64,000 nt of DNA. Source: a virus (taxonomy: Duplodnaviria; Caudoviricetes). Of this stretch, positions 61,609 through 64,000 are shown piece by piece. The stretch's first letter is position 1. Each line of letters opens with the position of its first letter. The notes beneath the pieces were generated by a model that ran no database searches, had not been told where the DNA came from, and saw only the letters and a program-made list of their open reading frames with translations. Both the position numbers and the translations under genes were made by a program. Location: the IMG/VR virus record IMGVR_UViG_3300001528_000360, positions 1 to 64,000 of that record; one strand, written 5' to 3'.

Positions 61609-62139
61609 TTACTTTTTATCGGTAGATCCAAATCCACCATCTCGTTTTTCTGTACAATCATCACTGTACGTAATACCAAAAGGAATAAAAATACCTTGAG
61701 CAAAACTTTCACCAGCATTAATACTGATAATCTTATTACCTGTATTAACCAACTTCAAAAAAATATGACCTTCATTACTACTATTATAATAATCAGCATC
61801 AATTACTCCCATAGTATTTGCTAATTTAACATGATACTTAAATCCAAGACCACTTCTAGGTAAGCAACCTAAGAACCAACCATCAGCAATCTTAACTCTA
61901 ATTCCTGTAGGAATCTTTAAAGAATCGCCAGGATAAATAGTAATAGCCATCGGAGCTTTAAAATCATATCCAGCAGATCCTGCAGTTGCTCTCTTAGGAA
62001 GTTGAATATTATCATAAATATTTTTAATTTCTTCATCACCATATTGAGCAATCATATCAGGACCAATATGAATTTCTCGATCAAAATCATTTAAAAACTG
62101 CTCATAACTAACTTTTTTAAATTCTCCTACTCTACTCAT
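61609..62139 (-). CDS. dut: Trimeric dUTPase
   Basis: SAGYDF, PRSG, GVIDADY, AQGIF, RDGGFGST. Confidence 0.95.
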   Translation of the reverse strand: MSRVGEFKKVSYEQFLNDFDREIHIGPDMIAQYGDEEIKNIYDNIQLPKRATAGSAGYDFKAPMAITIYPGDSLKIPTGIRVKIADGWFLGCLPRSGLGFKYHVKLANTMGVIDADYYNSSNEGHIFLKLVNTGNKIISINAGESFAQGIFIPFGITYSDDCTEKRDGGFGSTDKK

Positions 62140-62154
62140 AAATCTTTCTCCTTT

Positions 62155-62655
62155 TTAATGTAAAATAACTTTTTTCTCTTTTAATGATTTCTGTACGTCG
62201 ATAACTCTCTGATTTGTAGAACCACACCAAGGATAATTTACATCCTTTAATGATTCAACGAATAGTCCATCGACCAAAACATCTGATAACTTAACAGCTT
62301 CGATATCTTTAACTTCGTCCCAATTATATCCTGTATAAATCCAGATAGTTTTATTCTGAGATTTAATAATATCAGATAAATTCTTAATAATATTTGTAAT
62401 ATTATCTCTATTTGCAGGATGTAAAGGATCACCACCAGAAAAAGTAATTCCAGAAATATAAGGCTTTGATAATTCTTCTCGAAGTTCATTCATAGCAGAT
62501 TCATCAAATTCAATTCCAGAATTAACATCATGTGTCTGAGGATTCTGACAATTAGGACAATTATGATTACATCCAGAAACAAATAAAACTACACGGAGTC
62601 CATCTCCATTTAACATATCATCAGATTGAATATTATGATAATTCATAGTTTTCAA
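62155..62655 (-). CDS. nrdG: Anaerobic ribonucleotide reductase activase
   Basis: NGDGLRVVLFVSGCNHNCPNCQNP radical SAM motif; GSTNQRVID. Confidence 0.95.
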   Translation of the reverse strand: MKTMNYHNIQSDDMLNGDGLRVVLFVSGCNHNCPNCQNPQTHDVNSGIEFDESAMNELREELSKPYISGITFSGGDPLHPANRDNITNIIKNLSDIIKSQNKTIWIYTGYNWDEVKDIEAVKLSDVLVDGLFVESLKDVNYPWCGSTNQRVIDVQKSLKEKKVILH

Positions 62656-62662
62656 CCTCCTT

Positions 62663-64000
62663 TTACATACTTACTCTATCTTTAATCTCAGCATTCTTAG
62701 CATCATTATATCTTGTCTTACCATGAACTCGTGTGTAGCCGAGATATCCGTTCATCCTATCGATTTTAGTGATCAGATCACTTCCACACTTAGGACAAAT
62801 ATCCATATCAAGCTCTTCATGTCCACAATTTTCACAATATGCTAAACTAAGATTAATACCTTCATAAAAACCCTTATCCATTGCTCTACGAACAAGAGTT
62901 TTAATAGCTTCTTTATTATAAGATACTGGATATCTGCAATACTGAATCTTACCACCATTGAACAGATTCCAGAATCTTTCCTCATAATCCTGTTTCTGAA
63001 TAGGAGTAATATTCTCCCAAACACCACAATGGAAACTATTACTAACATATGGTCTATCAGAAACTTTATTAACAATACCATACTTTTTTCTAAATTGCTC
63101 AACCTGTAATCCAGCAAGAGATTCTGCCGGTGTTCCGTACACTGCGAAGAGTATATGGTCTTCTTGTTTAAATTCATTAATCTTTTTATTAATATACTCC
63201 ATAACTTCAAGAGCAAAACTACCATCTTCAATAATAGATTTACCATTATAAAGTTCCTGAAGTTCATTAAGAGCAGTAATTCCAAAACTCATGGTCATAG
63301 GAGCAAGTAAAGGACGAATCTTATCATCAGGTTTCAAATGACCACCATAGAAACCACCCTCGCAGAATCCAAGAGGATTCGTAGAAGCTTTCTTTTCTCC
63401 AAGGAAATCATAAGTCTTTTTATGTAATTTTCTAATAAGTTCAAGATAATAATCAAGAACTTCATAGAAATCTTTACTTTCTTGTCTAGCCTTAGCTAAA
63501 ATCATCGGTAAGTGTAAAGAAATAGCACCAAGGTTGAAGCGTCCTTCAAATACAGGAACATCATTTTCATCAGCAGGTTTCATTCCACCACGTTCATACC
63601 AAGGACTAAGGGAAGCTCTGCATCCCATTAGACTAATAACCTTACCATACTTCTTATAAATAGAGGGAATATAACCATTTCCTGTAAGACTAAGAAAATC
63701 AGGATACATCGCTTTACTACTACAATCAATACCAAGATCAAATAAGTACTCATAAGGAGCACCTTTACCATGTAAAGATTCATCATATAAGAATGTAAGT
63801 TTAGGGAACAATACGGGCTTCTTATGACCAGGAGCACCCTGTCCACCTTTTCTTACTTTGAGAATAGATTCAGTAGCCATAATACCAAATCTAGATGTAT
63901 CAATACCAAAACTAGTAGCAATAAAAGGATAGTCTCCTCTACTACTACCAACAGTATTAAATCGATATTCCCAACATTGGAAACCTTGATCAAAATCTCT
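62663..64000 (-). CDS. nrdD: Anaerobic ribonucleoside-triphosphate reductase, 5' partial
   Basis: MGCR, TPAESL, NSFH, CENC/CPKC, RMNGYLG glycyl-radical loop; frame open to the window edge. Confidence 0.95.
   Translation of the reverse strand, partial: RDFDQGFQCWEYRFNTVGSSRGDYPFIATSFGIDTSRFGIMATESILKVRKGGQGAPGHKKPVLFPKLTFLYDESLHGKGAPYEYLFDLGIDCSSKAMYPDFLSLTGNGYIPSIYKKYGKVISLMGCRASLSPWYERGGMKPADENDVPVFEGRFNLGAISLHLPMILAKARQESKDFYEVLDYYLELIRKLHKKTYDFLGEKKASTNPLGFCEGGFYGGHLKPDDKIRPLLAPMTMSFGITALNELQELYNGKSIIEDGSFALEVMEYINKKINEFKQEDHILFAVYGTPAESLAGLQVEQFRKKYGIVNKVSDRPYVSNSFHCGVWENITPIQKQDYEERFWNLFNGGKIQYCRYPVSYNKEAIKTLVRRAMDKGFYEGINLSLAYCENCGHEELDMDICPKCGSDLITKIDRMNGYLGYTRVHGKTRYNDAKNAEIKDRVSM

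Noticed and set aside
61609-62139. dCTP deaminase, as in uracil-DNA phages
   Set aside because: All five trimeric dUTPase motifs are present, including C-terminal RxxGFGST
1-64000. CRISPR array, rRNA, IS/transposase, reverse transcriptase/DGR
   Set aside because: No regularly spaced direct repeats or characteristic motifs seen; the repeats found are introns, the leader and terminators

Overview
AT-rich segment of a jumbo myophage genome of the AR9/PBS1/phiKZ type (multi-subunit phage RNA polymerase), most likely infecting an anaerobic Firmicute (nrdD/nrdG, long Firmicute-style SD sites, M23 + tail-lysozyme domains). It holds most of the morphogenesis module: tape-measure/tail lysin end, baseplate genes, internal head proteins, prohead protease, major capsid protein with a C-terminal Ig-like domain, large terminase, tail sheath and tube. 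It also holds two virion RNAP beta' pieces, islands of small early genes, tRNA-Leu(TAA), dut, nrdG and partial nrdD. Two promoter motifs partition the genes: early ATATATTAT and late (A/T/C)ACA-N6-TAA. Main observations the ORF track misses: (1) four closely related ORF-less group I introns, three in terL and one splitting the RNAP catalytic DYD|GD motif; (2) a portable ~27-aa N-terminal leader ending in a protease-type site, fused to three unrelated cargo proteins (candidate capsid-targeting signal); (3) a 26-aa ORF whose SD and AUG are sequestered in the early transcript but free in the late transcript; (4) a probable -1 frameshift in a baseplate/tail chaperone gene; (5) a (TA)8 tract putting an early gene out of frame; (6) a phage SecB-like chaperone beside a nonsense-interrupted GNAT. 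All product calls come from motif recognition by eye, not from database searches.
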